DNA of 64,000 nt, taken from the NCBI RefSeq assembly GCF_036971445.1, contig NC_091481.1, positions 72,602,001 to 72,666,000 of the forward strand, written 5' to 3'. The notes under the pieces are model-generated. The model worked only from the letters and a program-made list of their open reading frames with translations, did no database searches and was not told the DNA's origin. Position numbers and translations under genes: made by a program. Below, one piece after another: positions 1 to 12,037 of the stretch (position 1 is its first letter; the number at the start of each line of letters is the position of its first letter). Source of the stretch: Narcine bancroftii (lineage: Eukaryota).

Positions 1-330
1 TGGAGATGGAAGAATGGTTCAACCCTATCTTCTCCTGTCCTTAAGTATCTGGAGCACTGGATCTCCAAAGATGAATCCGGATGTGAGGCAGGCTCTGGAA
101 TGGAAGCAGAGAGCCAGGATCTGGTATGCTTCAGAAGAAATGTTTCCCAGGCAATGCGCGCAGCTCCCAAACTGTCCATGGATCAGCACTCCCCTCTGCT
201 GGTATCAACCCAAACCTGCAGCAATTATATCAAACCTTCATCTCAAAATGCCCCTGGAGATTTCACCGGATTTTCCAAACTTAAACTCAGTTATCAACAT
301 TATCAATGTCAACGTTAACAGTATCAGCAT

Positions 331-735
331 CGCCTTCCCAAGATCGTGTTATATGGCGAGCTCTCCACTGGCCACCGTGACAGAGGTGCACCAAAGAAAA
401 GGTACAAGGACTGCCTAAAGAAATCTCTTGGTGCCTGCCACATTGACCACCGCCAGTGGGCTGATATCGCCTCAAACCGTGCATCTTGGCGCCTCACAAT
501 TTGGCGGGCAGCAACCTCCTTTGAAGAAGACCGCAGAGCCCACCTCACTGACAAAAGGCAAAGGAGGAAAAACCCAACACCCAACCCCAACCAACCAATT
601 TTCCCCTGCAGCCGCTGCAACCGTGTCTGCCTGTCCCGCATCAGACTGGTCAGCCACAAACGAGCCTGCAGCTGATGTGGACTTTTACCCCCTCCATAAA
701 TCTTCGTCCGCGAAGCCAAGCCAAAGATCCAAAGA
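331..735 (+). mobile_element. 5'-truncated RTE-clade LINE (3' end), flanked by a 93-bp duplication
   Basis: ORF RLPKIVLYGEL...PKKRYKDCLK...CSRCNRVCLSRIRLVSH (RTE C-terminal CCHC-like motif); tail gccaagccaaaga; direct repeats at 238-330 and 736-828. Confidence 0.88.
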
Positions 736-916
736 TCATCTCAAAATGCCCCTGGAGATTTCACCGGATTTTCCAAACTTAAACTCAGTTATCAACATTA
801 TCAATGTCAATGTTAACAGTATCAGCATTGACTACAATTTACAATGATCCATTTTGTACAAGGTTTTCTGTAGAGTTCAAGCTTTTTCTATCCCCTTCCC
901 TGCCCCCTCCACATTT

Positions 917-1690
917 CTTCTTTGGCTTGGCTTCGCCGACGAAGATTTATGGAGGGGTAAATGTCCACATCAGCTGCAGGCTCGTTTGTGGCTGACAAGT
1001 CCGATGCGGGACAGGCAGACACGGTTGCAGCGGTTGCAAGGGAAAATTGGCTGGTTGGGGTTGGGTGTTGGGTTTTTCCTCCTTTGTCTTTTGTCAGTGA
1101 GGTGGGCTCTGCGGTCTTCTTCAAAGGAGGGTGCTGCCCGCCGAACTGTGAGGCGCCAAGATGCACGGTTTGAGGCGAGATCAGCCCACTGGCGGTGGTC
1201 CTTGGGGCAGGCACCAAGAGATTTCTTTAGGCAGTCCTTGTACCTCTTCTTTGGTGCACCTCTGTCACGGTGGCCAGTGGAGAGCTCGCCATATAACACG
1301 ATCGTGGGAAGGCGATGGTCCTCCATTCTGGAGACGTGACCTACCCAGCGCAGCTGGATCTTCAGCAGCGTGGATTCGATGCTGTCGGCCTCTGCCATCT
1401 CGAGTACTTCGATGTTAGGGATGAAATCGCTCCAATGAATGTTGAGGATGGAGCGGAGACCACGCTGGTGGAAGCGTTCTAGGAGCCGTAGGTGATGCCG
1501 GTAGAGGACCCATGATTCGGAGCCAAACAGGAGTGTGGGTATGACAACGGCTCTGTATACACTAATCTTTGTGAGGTTTTTCAGTAGGTTGTTTTTCCAG
1601 ACAATGAGATAGACAACAGACTCGCCAAGGCAAATAGCGCCTTTGGAAGACTACACAAAAGAGTCTGGAAAAACAACCAACTGAAAACCT
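917..1690 (-). mobile_element. 5'-truncated RTE-clade LINE with an inverted 5' segment
   Basis: Minus-strand LRWVGHVSRMEDHRLP...; segment 1601-1690 reads RTE ORF (EIDNRLAKANSAFGRL) on the + strand; TSD cctccacattt at 906-916 and 1691-1701. Confidence 0.88.
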
Positions 1691-2634
1691 CCTCCACATT
1701 TAACACCTAACCAACCACAGTTACACACAACATTCAGGACACTCACCACATAGGTATGAATACAAATCAGGGGTTTATGGGTTTGTTGTGACACGGCAGC
1801 AAGAGCTCAGGCTGTTTTCTTTTTCTCGACTTTTCCTGGTTGGGATGGGATGCACCCACACCCCCATCACCAATTGAGGGATAGATGGAGAACGTAGGGT
1901 GGCAAGGGACAATAGTCCTCTGCAGTCAGTTCAATTCATTGACAATCTGAGCTCCAGATCCAAGCTGCCAATGTGATGAGGAAGCCTTTAGTGCCTGAGG
2001 CCCTTCGGGAGCCCTTCTTGCCCTTGGCATCCTCTCGAATCCTGGCTCCAATACCTGGTTCCTGTGAGCTAGCGTCCGGCAGCCCACAGCCAGTGTGGGT
2101 CATTCAACCACTGAGCCCCTCTCTTGTCTGCTGGTATTGTGGCTCATCTCCCAGACTACTTCTTGGCAGAGGGCAGTTTCTCCACTCTCCTGCGCCAGTC
2201 CGCTGACCCCCCCCTCCCCCCCCCCCACCAGAGCCTGGTCCGCTGCCCAGCATGAGTACAGACCTCTGTGGTTTCTAGATGTTAAAAACACAGGCCTCTC
2301 TCTACCAGGCTTTCTCTCATTGATCATCATTGAACAGATATCGTGGGTCAATGACAAAAATCAATCTGATCAGATGACTCCTGCCTTCACAGATGATGCC
2401 TGACCCACTCACCCTCCAGCAGTTTATTGGTTTTCCACCAGTGAGGTTCCAGCATCTACAGCCTTTGTCCCTCCACTCAAGTCAACGTGTGTAAGCAGCA
2501 ATGTATCACAGAGCAGCTTTCACTGCGTGGATCGCCTTCTTTGTTGTCACAGCAGCAATTAGGTAAAAATTTGCTTAAACTTCTCTTTATCTACCATCCC
2601 TGTGAACAAGAGTTTCAAAGGCCAGTCTATTAGT

Positions 2635-3160
2635 GAATCAGAATCAGAATTTATTCTCATGAATATGTCACAAAATTCATTTTTTTGCGGCAGCATCTCC
2701 GTGCAGTATTGCTATAAATTACATTTAAAAATAAATAAATTGGTGCAAAAGAAGAGAACGCGAGATGGTATCTGTGGTTCATTGTCCGTTCAGAAATCTG
2801 ATGGTAGAGGGGAAGAAGGTTTTTTTGTACCATTCAGTGTTCGTCTTCAGGCTCCTGTCCCTCCTTCCCGATGATAGCAGAGTGAAGAGGGCATGGCCTG
2901 GGCGGTGGGGCTTGAGGATATAAGCTGTTTTCTTAAGACACAGCCTCTTGTAGATGTTCTGGATGGAGTGAAGACTGATGCCCGTGATGTCGCTGGCCGT
3001 TACAACTCTCTGTAGCGTTTTCCTGTCCTGTGCATTGGCACCTCTGTACCAGTCAGAATGCTCTCCATGGAACACTTGTGGAAATTTGCAAGAGATTTTG
3101 ATGACATATCGAATCTCCTCCAAATCCTCACACAATATAGCCGCTGGCGAGCCTTCTTTG
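2635..3160 (-). mobile_element. Rex1/Babar-like LINE 3' fragment
   Basis: Degenerate ESILTG..WY..LQRVV..HPGHALFTLL.SGRR.RSL..FFPSTIRFLN; (ttctga)n-type tail. Confidence 0.75.
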
Positions 3161-5109
3161 GGGTGTGGACCTCTAAAAGGCCTGGGTAACTTGCAAGAAA
3201 TGGGGAAAAAAATGAGATGTAAAACAGGGAAGGTTTAGAATTTATTATGGAGTAGGTTTGTTTAGGTTGAAACAACACTGTGGGCCGAAGGGCCTGTATT
3301 GTGCTGTAGGGTTCTATGACAGCTTTACTTTTCCAAGATTATGACTTTCCCCCCCCCCCCCCCGAAGATTCAGAGCTACTGCATGTTATCAGGCTCTTCT
3401 GGCCCACGAGACCAACACCCAAATACATCCATGTCCAATAAACCTGCCAACCCCATACGTGTTTGGAACGTGGAAGCACCCGGAGGAAATCCATGCAGTT
3501 TACGGGAAGAATGTACTAACTCTTTACAGACGGTGCTGGATTCTAACCTGGGTCGCTGACACTGTAATAGCGTCATGCTAATCGCTACTCTAACCGTGTT
3601 GACTCTCCTCGTATTGTCTCCAGTTCACTGTGGGATATTCTGCGAGGAATTACCCGGACCACAGAACCTCATCATTGTTAACTTCCTGACGCATCCAGCG
3701 ATCCCAGGGGATTGCCGGCAACACTGAGGTGCCATTTTTATCATCCAGAACCATGTGTGCCAGGCTGTCCATGCTACACTCAAGGTGCCTGCCCCCAGCC
3801 TAAAATGACAACCCCCCCCCCACCCCCTTTCAGGAAATGTGGACAAGATACAACACCAAGGTTGGCAAAGAGGATATCAGTGCCTGGTGGGGTGACTGTA
3901 ACCCATTCAGCAGGGAATGGCAGGAAATACACTGTGTGTGGCACACACAGTAGAGTTGCTGTCTTGCAATCCCAGTGACACTGGAGAGAGTGTAACCTCT
4001 GGTTCCATCCATGCTGTATAACTCTGAGTGCGTGGGAGCTGGGTGTGTTGACTCGGGATCAGTCAGATGTCCACCGCCAGAGTGTGGGAGGTGCATTTAC
4101 TCCAGATCACACAATGTCTCCATTTCTGAATTGTTGAGACACCACAGGGACTCAGCAGGTCAGGCACCATCCATGGGTAGAAATGGTCAGGTCTTTCATC
4201 TTGTTCCCATCACCTCAGCCTCTCCCTCAGTTTCTTTCCCTCTTCAGGGTAGTACAAGGAGGTCCAAGAGCTAGATAAGTAGTGGAGTGGCAGTTAGCGT
4301 AGTAGTTAGCAGAATGCTATTACAGGGCCAGAGACTAGGTTCAAATCCTGAGCTGTCTGTAAGGAATTTGTACATTCTCCCTGTGTCTGTGTGGGCTCCA
4401 GTTTCCTCCCACCCTTCAAAATGTACAGGGGTTGTAAGTCAATTGGGACATTTGGGCAGCATGGGGCTCATGGGCCAAAAGGTAAAAACACAAATGCTGG
4501 AGAAACTCAGCAGACCTCATAGCGTCTGTAGATATATTACCAACGTTTCTAGCCTGAGCCCTTCCTCATTACCTTGAAGGGCTCAGGTTTGAAACATCAG
4601 AAATCTTTACTTCCTATGGATGCTGCAAGACTGGTTGAGTTCCTCCAGCATTTGTGTTTTTGCTATAATCACAGCGTCTGAAGATTTTCCTTTTTCACCC
4701 CCTTGTGGGCCAAAAGGGCCAGTCACTGTGCTGTATGTCTAAATTTAAGTTTTTAAAATTTAAATTAGAAACAAATCCTGTTCTTGAATCTAGAAGTGCC
4801 ATATTTCATGCTTCTGGAACCCCACTAGACAAGCTCTCAGCAACTTTCCATCCTCTTGGCAGTGGGAAGGTTGACTTTCAAATTATTGACAGAGGTTGAG
4901 AAGTGAGCTAGCCTGGAGTAAGTGTCAGGTTCTCCTCAGCAGATGATTCAAAATTCAATTTATTGTCCATGTAATAAAAATAGTTATCATATTACACAAA
5001 ATTTCCTTTCATCCATAAGGCAGACAGATTTGCCATTAGCAGAAATTGCCTGATGGGACTCTTACAGTCAGAGAAAGAGAAGGAAAGAGTCACCAAGTGT
5101 CCCTGAGTA

Positions 5110-5597
5110 TAAAGCCCTGCAAAAGGTCTTGGACACAGCCTAAGACATCACAGGCAAAACCCTCCCCACTTATCGAGAACACCTACAGTGAACATTGTCG
5201 TTGAAGAGCAGCAACAATCATCAAAGTCCACCCAACACACACTCTGTTCTCACTGTTGCCTTCAGGAAAGAGGTACAGGCGCCACAAGACTTGCACCACC
5301 AGGTTCAGGATCATCTGCTCCCCCTCCTCCATCAGACTCCTCAACAACAAACTCAATTGGGGACTCATTTAAGGACTCTTACTTGTACATTTTATTGTCT
5401 TTTTTTATTCTCTCTGTATCTCACAGTTTGTTTACATTCGTTATCTGTTTACAGTTCTTTATTTGTTTACATGTGAGGTTGAGTCAGTTTTTTTGCACCA
5501 CCAATAAGTGATAATTCTGCCTGGCCCACGGGAAAAATAATCTCAGGTTTGTTCGTAATATCATGAGCGTACTCTGGCAATAAATCTGAAATCTGAA
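5110..5597 (+). mobile_element. Rex1/Babar-like LINE 3' fragment
   Basis: Similar to the other copies; tail aataaatctgaaatctgaa. Confidence 0.65.
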
Positions 5598-5754
5598 TGT
5601 GTCTGTGGATTACTTCCAGCTCCAGTCCAAACCATCAGCAAGCAGCCTGAGCTCCAGATCTGAACCTTGGACAAGACCAGGACCTTTCAGCGCCCTTGGA
5701 ATCCTCTCGTGTCCAGGTTCCGAGACCTGGTACCCCTTCAGCCCGCCCTCCAGC

Positions 5755-6432
5755 CTGATCCTAGCCTCACTCCATCCCAAGCCTTATCCTAGCCCGTCTC
5801 CATCTCCAGCCTGACCCTAGCCTGATTCCATCCCAAGCCCGATCCTAGCCCGTCTCCATCTCCACCTTGACTCCATCCCAAGCCTGACCCTAGCCCATCT
5901 CTGTCCAGCTTGACTCCCTCCCAAGCCTGAACCTAGCCCGTCTCCATCTCCAGCCTGACTCCATCCCAAGCCTGATCCTAGCCCGTCTCCATCTCCAGCC
6001 TGACTCCATCCCAAGCCTGACCCTAGCCCGTCTCCATCCCAAGCCTGATCCTAGCCCGTCTCCATCTCCAGCTTGACTCAATCCCAAGCATGACCCTAGC
6101 CTGTCTCCATCTCCAGGCTGACTCCATCCCAAGCCTGACCCTAGCCCATCTCCATCTCCAGCCTGACTCCATCCCAAGCCTGACCCTAGCCCGTCTCCAT
6201 CTCCAGCCTGTCTCCATCCCAAGCCTGACCCTAGCCCGTCTCCATCTCCAGCTTGACTCCATCCAAAGCCAGTCCCTAGCCCGTCTCCAAGTCCAGCCTG
6301 ACTCCATCCCAAGCCTGACCCTAGCCCATCTCCATCCCAAGCCTGTCCCTAGCCGTCTCCAAGTCCAGCCTGACCCTCCCAAGCCTGATCCTAGCCCATC
6401 TCCAGCCTGACTCCATCCCAAGCCTGACCCTC
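5755..6432. repeat. 45-bp minisatellite (C-rich on + strand), about 15 degenerate units
   Basis: Unit ctagcccgtctccatctccagcctgactccatcccaagcctgacc; 15-aa periodicity in the spurious ORFs. Confidence 0.92.
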
Positions 6433-6699
6433 TCTCGCCAGTCACACACAACAGGACCTGGCCCCCTGCCTATATCTGATCAGCTGGGTCACGTTTGCCT
6501 TCATCTTCCTTTGCCCACCTCAGTGGGCCCTTCCTCAGCAGTGGGTTGAAGTGAAACCACACAAGGTGCTGGAGAGGCCCAGCCGGTCACCCAGTGTCCC
6601 AGAGGTACAGGGCGGACGTGTCGGGCTTGAGGCCTTCATCGAGGCGGTAGTGGGGGGGGGGGGGAACTTCCACGGGCCCAGCCCACCTCACCTCACAGA

Positions 6700-6937
6700 G
6701 AGTCTCTGTCAACTCAGCGCGATGCGCCGTGGGATTGATCCGGCAAACGGGCCTGGTGCTGATCTCGGTTCGATCCAGTACTGGACCGAGTGTGCGGGCG
6801 GGAGACAGCAGGGACAGGGCGACGTCGGGGGGCGGGGAGACGTCAGAGGGCCGGGAGATGGCGGGCGGGGTGACGTCACGTAGCGGTGCCACGCGGCTGC
6901 CGGCGGGACGGATCGGCGGTGTGAGGGAGAGGTAGGC
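6700..6937 (+). promoter_or_regulatory. CpG-island promoter and probable non-coding exon 1 of the SLC6 gene
   Basis: CpG-dense; full CRE TGACGTCA at 6871-6878, GACGTC cores at 6821 and 6839, GC boxes near 6830 and 6863; AG|GTAGGC donor at 6932. Assignment to the SLC6 gene is inferred. Confidence 0.65.
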
Positions 6938-7014
6938 CCGGGGGAGGGGGGTGGGGGAGGAGGAAGGGGAGGGGGAGGGGGTGGGGAGAGATGGGTTCGT
7001 GGTGGGGGTGGGGA

Positions 7015-8155
7015 GGGTGGTTGGGTGGGTGATCCGTGGGGGGGGGGGGGGTTTGTGGTAGGTGATGGAAGGAGGGTGATCCATGTGGTGGTCAGGGGGA
7101 GGGAGGTTTGTGGTGGGAGATGGGGGGAGAGGGAGATGGGGTGGGGGTGGGTGATCCGTGGGGTGGTCAGGGTGGGGGGGGGTGTTTGTGGTAGGAGATG
7201 GGGGGAAGGAGGGTGATCCATGGGGTGGTCAGGGGGAGGGAGGTTTGTGGTGGGAGTTGGGGGGAGAGGGAGATGGGGTGGGGGTGGGTGATCCGTGGGG
7301 TGGTCAGGGTGGGGGGGGGGTGTTTGTGGTAGGAGATGGGGGGAAGGAGGGTGATCCATGGGGTGGTCAGGGGGAGGGAGGTTTGTGGTGGGAGTTGGGG
7401 GGAGAGGGAGATGGGGTGGGGGTGGGTGATCCGTGGGGTGGTCAGGGTGGGGGGGGGGGTGTTTGTGGTAGGAGATGGGGGGAAGGAGGGTGATCCATGG
7501 GGTGGTCAGGGGGAGGGAGGTTTGTGGTGGGAGTTGGGGGGAGAGGGAGATGGGGTGGGGGTGGGTGATCCGTGGGGTGGTCAGGGTGGGGGGGGGGTGT
7601 TTGTGGTAGGAGATGGGGGGAAGGAGGGTGATCCATGGGGTGGTCAGGGGGAGGGAGGTTTGTGGTGGGAGTTGGGGGGAGAGGGAGGTGGGGTGGGGGT
7701 GGGTGATCCGTGGGGTGGTCAGGGTGGGGGGGGGTGTTTGTGGTAGGAGATGGGGGAAGGAGGGTGATCCATGGGGTGGTCAGGGGGAGGGAGGTTTGTG
7801 GTGGGAGTTGGGGGGAGAGGGAGATGGGGTGGGGGTGGGTGATCCGTGGGGTGGTCAGGGTGGGGGGGGGGTGTTTGTGGTAGGAGATGGGGGGAAGGAG
7901 GGTGATCCATGGGGTGGTCAGGGGGAGGGAGGTTTGTGGTGGGAGTTGGGGGGAGAGGGAGATGGGGTGGGGGTGGGTGATCCGTGGGGTGGTCAGGGTG
8001 GGGGGGGGTGTTTGTGGTAGGAGATGGGGGGAAGGAGGGTGATCCATGGGGTGGTCAGGGGGAGGGAGGTTTGTGGTGGGAGTTGGGGGGAGAGGGAGGT
8101 GGGGTGGGGGTGGGTGATCTGTGGGGTGGTCGGGGTGGGGTGTTTGTGGTGGGAG
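7015..8155. repeat. G-rich minisatellite, about 138-bp dimeric unit, about 8 copies
   Basis: Alternating gggtgatccgtggggtggtcaggg and gggtgatccatggggtggtcagggg half-units; length varies in the poly-G runs. Confidence 0.95.
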
Positions 8156-8940
8156 ATGAGGTTAGAAGTCTGGGTGGAAGAAGGATAGAGGAAGGAGGGG
8201 AAAGAGTTGAGGATGTAGAGAGTAGGAAATAGGTGGAGGGGGAAGGGGAGAACAATATGGGATGATAGAGGAGGAGGAAGGATCTGTTGAGGCGGAAACA
8301 AGATGTTGAGTATGTGGATTTTGCAATGTCTATTCTGAGCTGGAGAGGAACTGGTTTGCACAGCTGATTCAATTATTGTGATCCATGCAGGCTCTATTAT
8401 CTGGGTTCTATATACCTGGGGTATATTGGAATCAGGTTCTGTATAGCCCATGTGGAAAGCAGGGCACTAGAATGAAGATAGAGATCACTGGGTTGTTACC
8501 TGGAGACATCAGACAACAGCTAAATGAATGTACTTATTACAACAACACAGAAAATAGCTCCAGCGACCAGTGGAGCATTCCCGATGGTTCACACACTTCC
8601 TTATTCCCCTCTCCTGCTACAGTTTATTCTTTCACGTGGCAAATATTCCTTTAGCTAACAACCATAAAGGTGGTGACTTACAGGATCTGTTTAACGTATC
8701 AGCATGACTTATGCATATGGATAGAATCTGGAGCACATTGGGAAACCCATGCATTGATAGCGCTTGCAAACTCTGCATAAGGCAACATTTCAGACCAGGA
8801 TTGAACTGGCGTCACTGGAGCTTGGAGGCAGTAGTGCAAACTTCAATGTTTCTGGAGTTATGTGGCAGAGAAACAAGGTATTTGACACAAAGCATTCATG
8901 TGGACCAAGATGCCTGAATTTGGACCAGATCTCTCAATAC

Positions 8941-9099
8941 TACTGGTTCTCAACCTTTTTCTTTCCACTTATATACCTCCTTAAATAATTCCTTACTAAC
9001 CACAGAGCACCTCTGCCATCCTATCCCATTAGGTCCTCTGTGGTTAGGACTTACTTAAGGTGGTACATGAATGGGATAAAAAAGATTGAGAACCACTGC
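8941..9099. mobile_element. hAT-like MITE
   Basis: TIRs (c)tggttctcaacc ... ttgagaaccactg; related copies at about 44246-44382 and 59808. Confidence 0.6.
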
Positions 9100-11774
9100 T
9101 CTAAACCTTTCCCATTCGTTTAGATCATTTGGATCAGCTTATGATTAAATTACGGGGCAGACTTGATGGGCAGAATAGCCTATTTCTGCTCCTATGTCTT
9201 ATGGTCTTACAAATGCCGTCATTCTATCGGCTCCTAACTTATTCTGGTAGCTTGTTCCATGTATCCAACATCTTGTCTATGGAATACACAAACGTGCTGG
9301 AGAAACTACAGGTCACGCAGCATCCGCAGGAAGTAAAGGGTCACCATTGTTTTGGATTCAAGTCCATCATCAAGGTATGAGCAGGAAGCAGGTAGATTCC
9401 TGAATAAAAAGGTCGGGGGGGGGGGGGAAGAGGAGAGGAGGGAGGAAAGGGTAGGAGGAGGAGCACAGACTAACAGGTGAGAGATCATAGGTGGGTACAG
9501 GTAGAAGGGTAGAAGAAAAAAAAGCTGAGAAGTGATAGAGGGAGGAGTTAGCTCTGTGAGAGAAGAGGATGGGAAGCTGGAGGTAAAGAGACAGTGGGGT
9601 AGGGAAAAAGAGAAGTTCAACAGAAACCAGAGAAGCTGGTGTTAATGCCGCCTGGTTAGAAGGGGCGGCCGCCCACAAATTGGAGGGACAACCCCTAATA
9701 TTCTGTCTGGGCACGCTCCAACCACACTTATCCTTAAGAGTACCTTTTGTCTTCATGGTTAGCCTTTTGCTCTTAATATACTTACACTATCAAGTAGGAT
9801 TCCTTTGCCTTATCTATAAGGATATCTTCTATCTTTTTTTGCCTTTTGAGGTGTACTTCCACATCCTTTACCCTCAAGGGATTTGCTTGATGCCAGATTC
9901 TTCTGTCTCAGGCATATCCCCTTTTGCCTAAACAGAGCCATAATATCCCATGTCAACCAAGATTCCCTGATCCTGCCAACCTTGCTCTTTACTCTTGAAG
10001 GAACTTTCTAGCCCCTAATGTTTCAACCTCCACCACCATCCCTGGCAAGGCATTCCAGGCACCCACAGCTCACCCTGTTAAATTTTTTTTACTCCTGTGA
10101 TGTCTCCCCTAAACTTTCCTCCCTTCACTTTATACAAATCCCTTCTGGTATTTGCTACTCCCGCCCTAGGGACGAAGGCGCTGGCTGTCCACCTTATCCA
10201 TGCCTCTCAGAATCTTGTAGACCTCTACTTATAAAAAAAACTATCTTGAACACATTTAACAAATTTTGCCTCATCTAATTTCTTAGCATTATGCTGTGCT
10301 CTGCCTGAGGGGTTAGGTGGGAACAAGTTGTGTGGCTTGTAGATTTGTTTGGAAATGTCAAAATCAGCTTATTTTAAAAAAAACTGGCATAGTGGTGGAG
10401 TAGGATGTACTTCTACCTCAGTCCAGTGACCCAGCTTTGATCCTGACTTCTACCGTCTGTATGGAGTTTGTAGACTCTCCTTTTGACTTCACAGGGCTCC
10501 TCCGTAACTCTGCTGTCTATCCAGGTCACCCATCCATGCTGATAGGTTAACTGGCTGTCATAAATTATCCCTTATTCACAAGTGTAGCAAGGTGCTGGGG
10601 TGTTAGAGAGAATAGATTTTAGGAAATTAAGTAGGGAGAGAGGACACAAAAGTCTGCAGACGCTGTGATTGTAGTCGAGAAACTGAATAATCAACGAATT
10701 GAAAAGCTTTCTTCTATCATGTAAGGAAATAAAACTATAAAAATAATGCATGCCTGGGATCTTGGAGATGGCTCAAGTGAAACTGACCTTCCTGTTGAGG
10801 GCCACACCTCCTGAGATATTTCAGGATTTTAGACCAATTGGTCGAGGATGAAGGAGCAAATGAGGAGAGGGGATAAAAGTAGGAAATAGGAGGTTGGGCG
10901 AGAAGGTGGGAAGATGTGAGGAGCATTAGGGATTGGAGAGGAGGGAGGAGATGTGGGGGAGGAGGGAGGTTTGGAGAGGGCTTTAGAGGAAGGGAGGTGG
11001 TGTAGGGATGGAGTAGAGTTTTCAGGATATTTGCCATGGGTTAGAGAGGAAATGAAAAGAGGAGAAAGAATTTGGTCAGTGGTTTATGTTGTTTCCTCCC
11101 CCTTCCTGTTTCCCCTTTCCTCTCCCCTTTCTCGCTTTCCTTTTTTTCCTCCTCCTTTCCTCCCTCCCCTTTCTTCCTTCTCTGGTTCCCACCCCCTCCC
11201 CTCTGACCCTCCTCCTCTCCTGCCTGGAGCACCCCTTGCCAAGGATTTCCCACGTCCCAGTAAGTGGAGCTGGATGATTTCCCTTGCTGATGTGGCAGCA
11301 GCTGACTCCACTTCAGCTCCTGCTCTCAAAGTGTATCCAGAATCAGTCCTCTCGCAGCTGGGAGTCATCACGCCGAACCAAGGCGACACCCGTAGCCCTG
11401 CACACCACGAATGCCAGCTGACAGGTAGATGGAAGATCTGCAAACCTTTTGTGTCTCCCCACACTGTTTCCTTTGTTGTAAAAAGTTAAAGGCTTTCCTG
11501 ATTCTCAGTTTGCAGCTAACCTTCCAGGTACTGGAGAGAAGCTTGTGTTGGGGGTTGGGAAATATTGTCAGCAGTTGTTGTTCTGGGACACAGCAAAGGG
11601 TAAGGGGCATGGAGATCGGATGCAAGAAAACAAGGTGGAAGTGTTCCAGGAGGGAGCAGGACTTCCAATGGATCCTCTGTCTGGCACTGTGTGTTTATCT
11701 TTTGAAATGGTTTGCCAGTCAATTAACCTGTTCACTCCCAAACCAGTGAACAGCCAACCTTGCCTTCTCCACAG

Positions 11775-12037
11775 GTACTTGTGACAGGATTAACACGGTT
11801 GCTCTTCCTGCAGGTTGGGTTGACTCTGCAGCTGGAACACACTGCCTGCTGAGTTAGGGGGTTCTTCTGAAGTGAATGCCTTGCTGCCTGCTGTCCCACT
11901 CCAAGCTGAGCATCGCAGGAGAGGCTCCTGCTTTCAACCAGACTTGCTTTGCTTGGGGCCCTTTCTGAAGCCATTGTGCTGCGTGTGTTTAGGGTAGAAG
12001 GAAGGCAACCATCAGCTTTGTTAAGCTGGAGTGCAAG
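11775..12037 (+). other. Candidate non-coding 5'UTR exon of the SLC6 gene
   Basis: Unique sequence bounded by a strong acceptor (tgccttctccacag) and a strong donor (AAG|GTGAGC); no SLC6-like ORF; no transcript evidence. Confidence 0.3.

Noticed and set aside
5817-8451. Long Gly/Pro/Trp-rich ORFs (GWSQAGDGDGLGSGL repeats; PPPHPDHP repeats)
   Set aside because: They are translations of the 45-bp and 138-bp minisatellites, open in several frames and strands, with frameshifting homopolymers.
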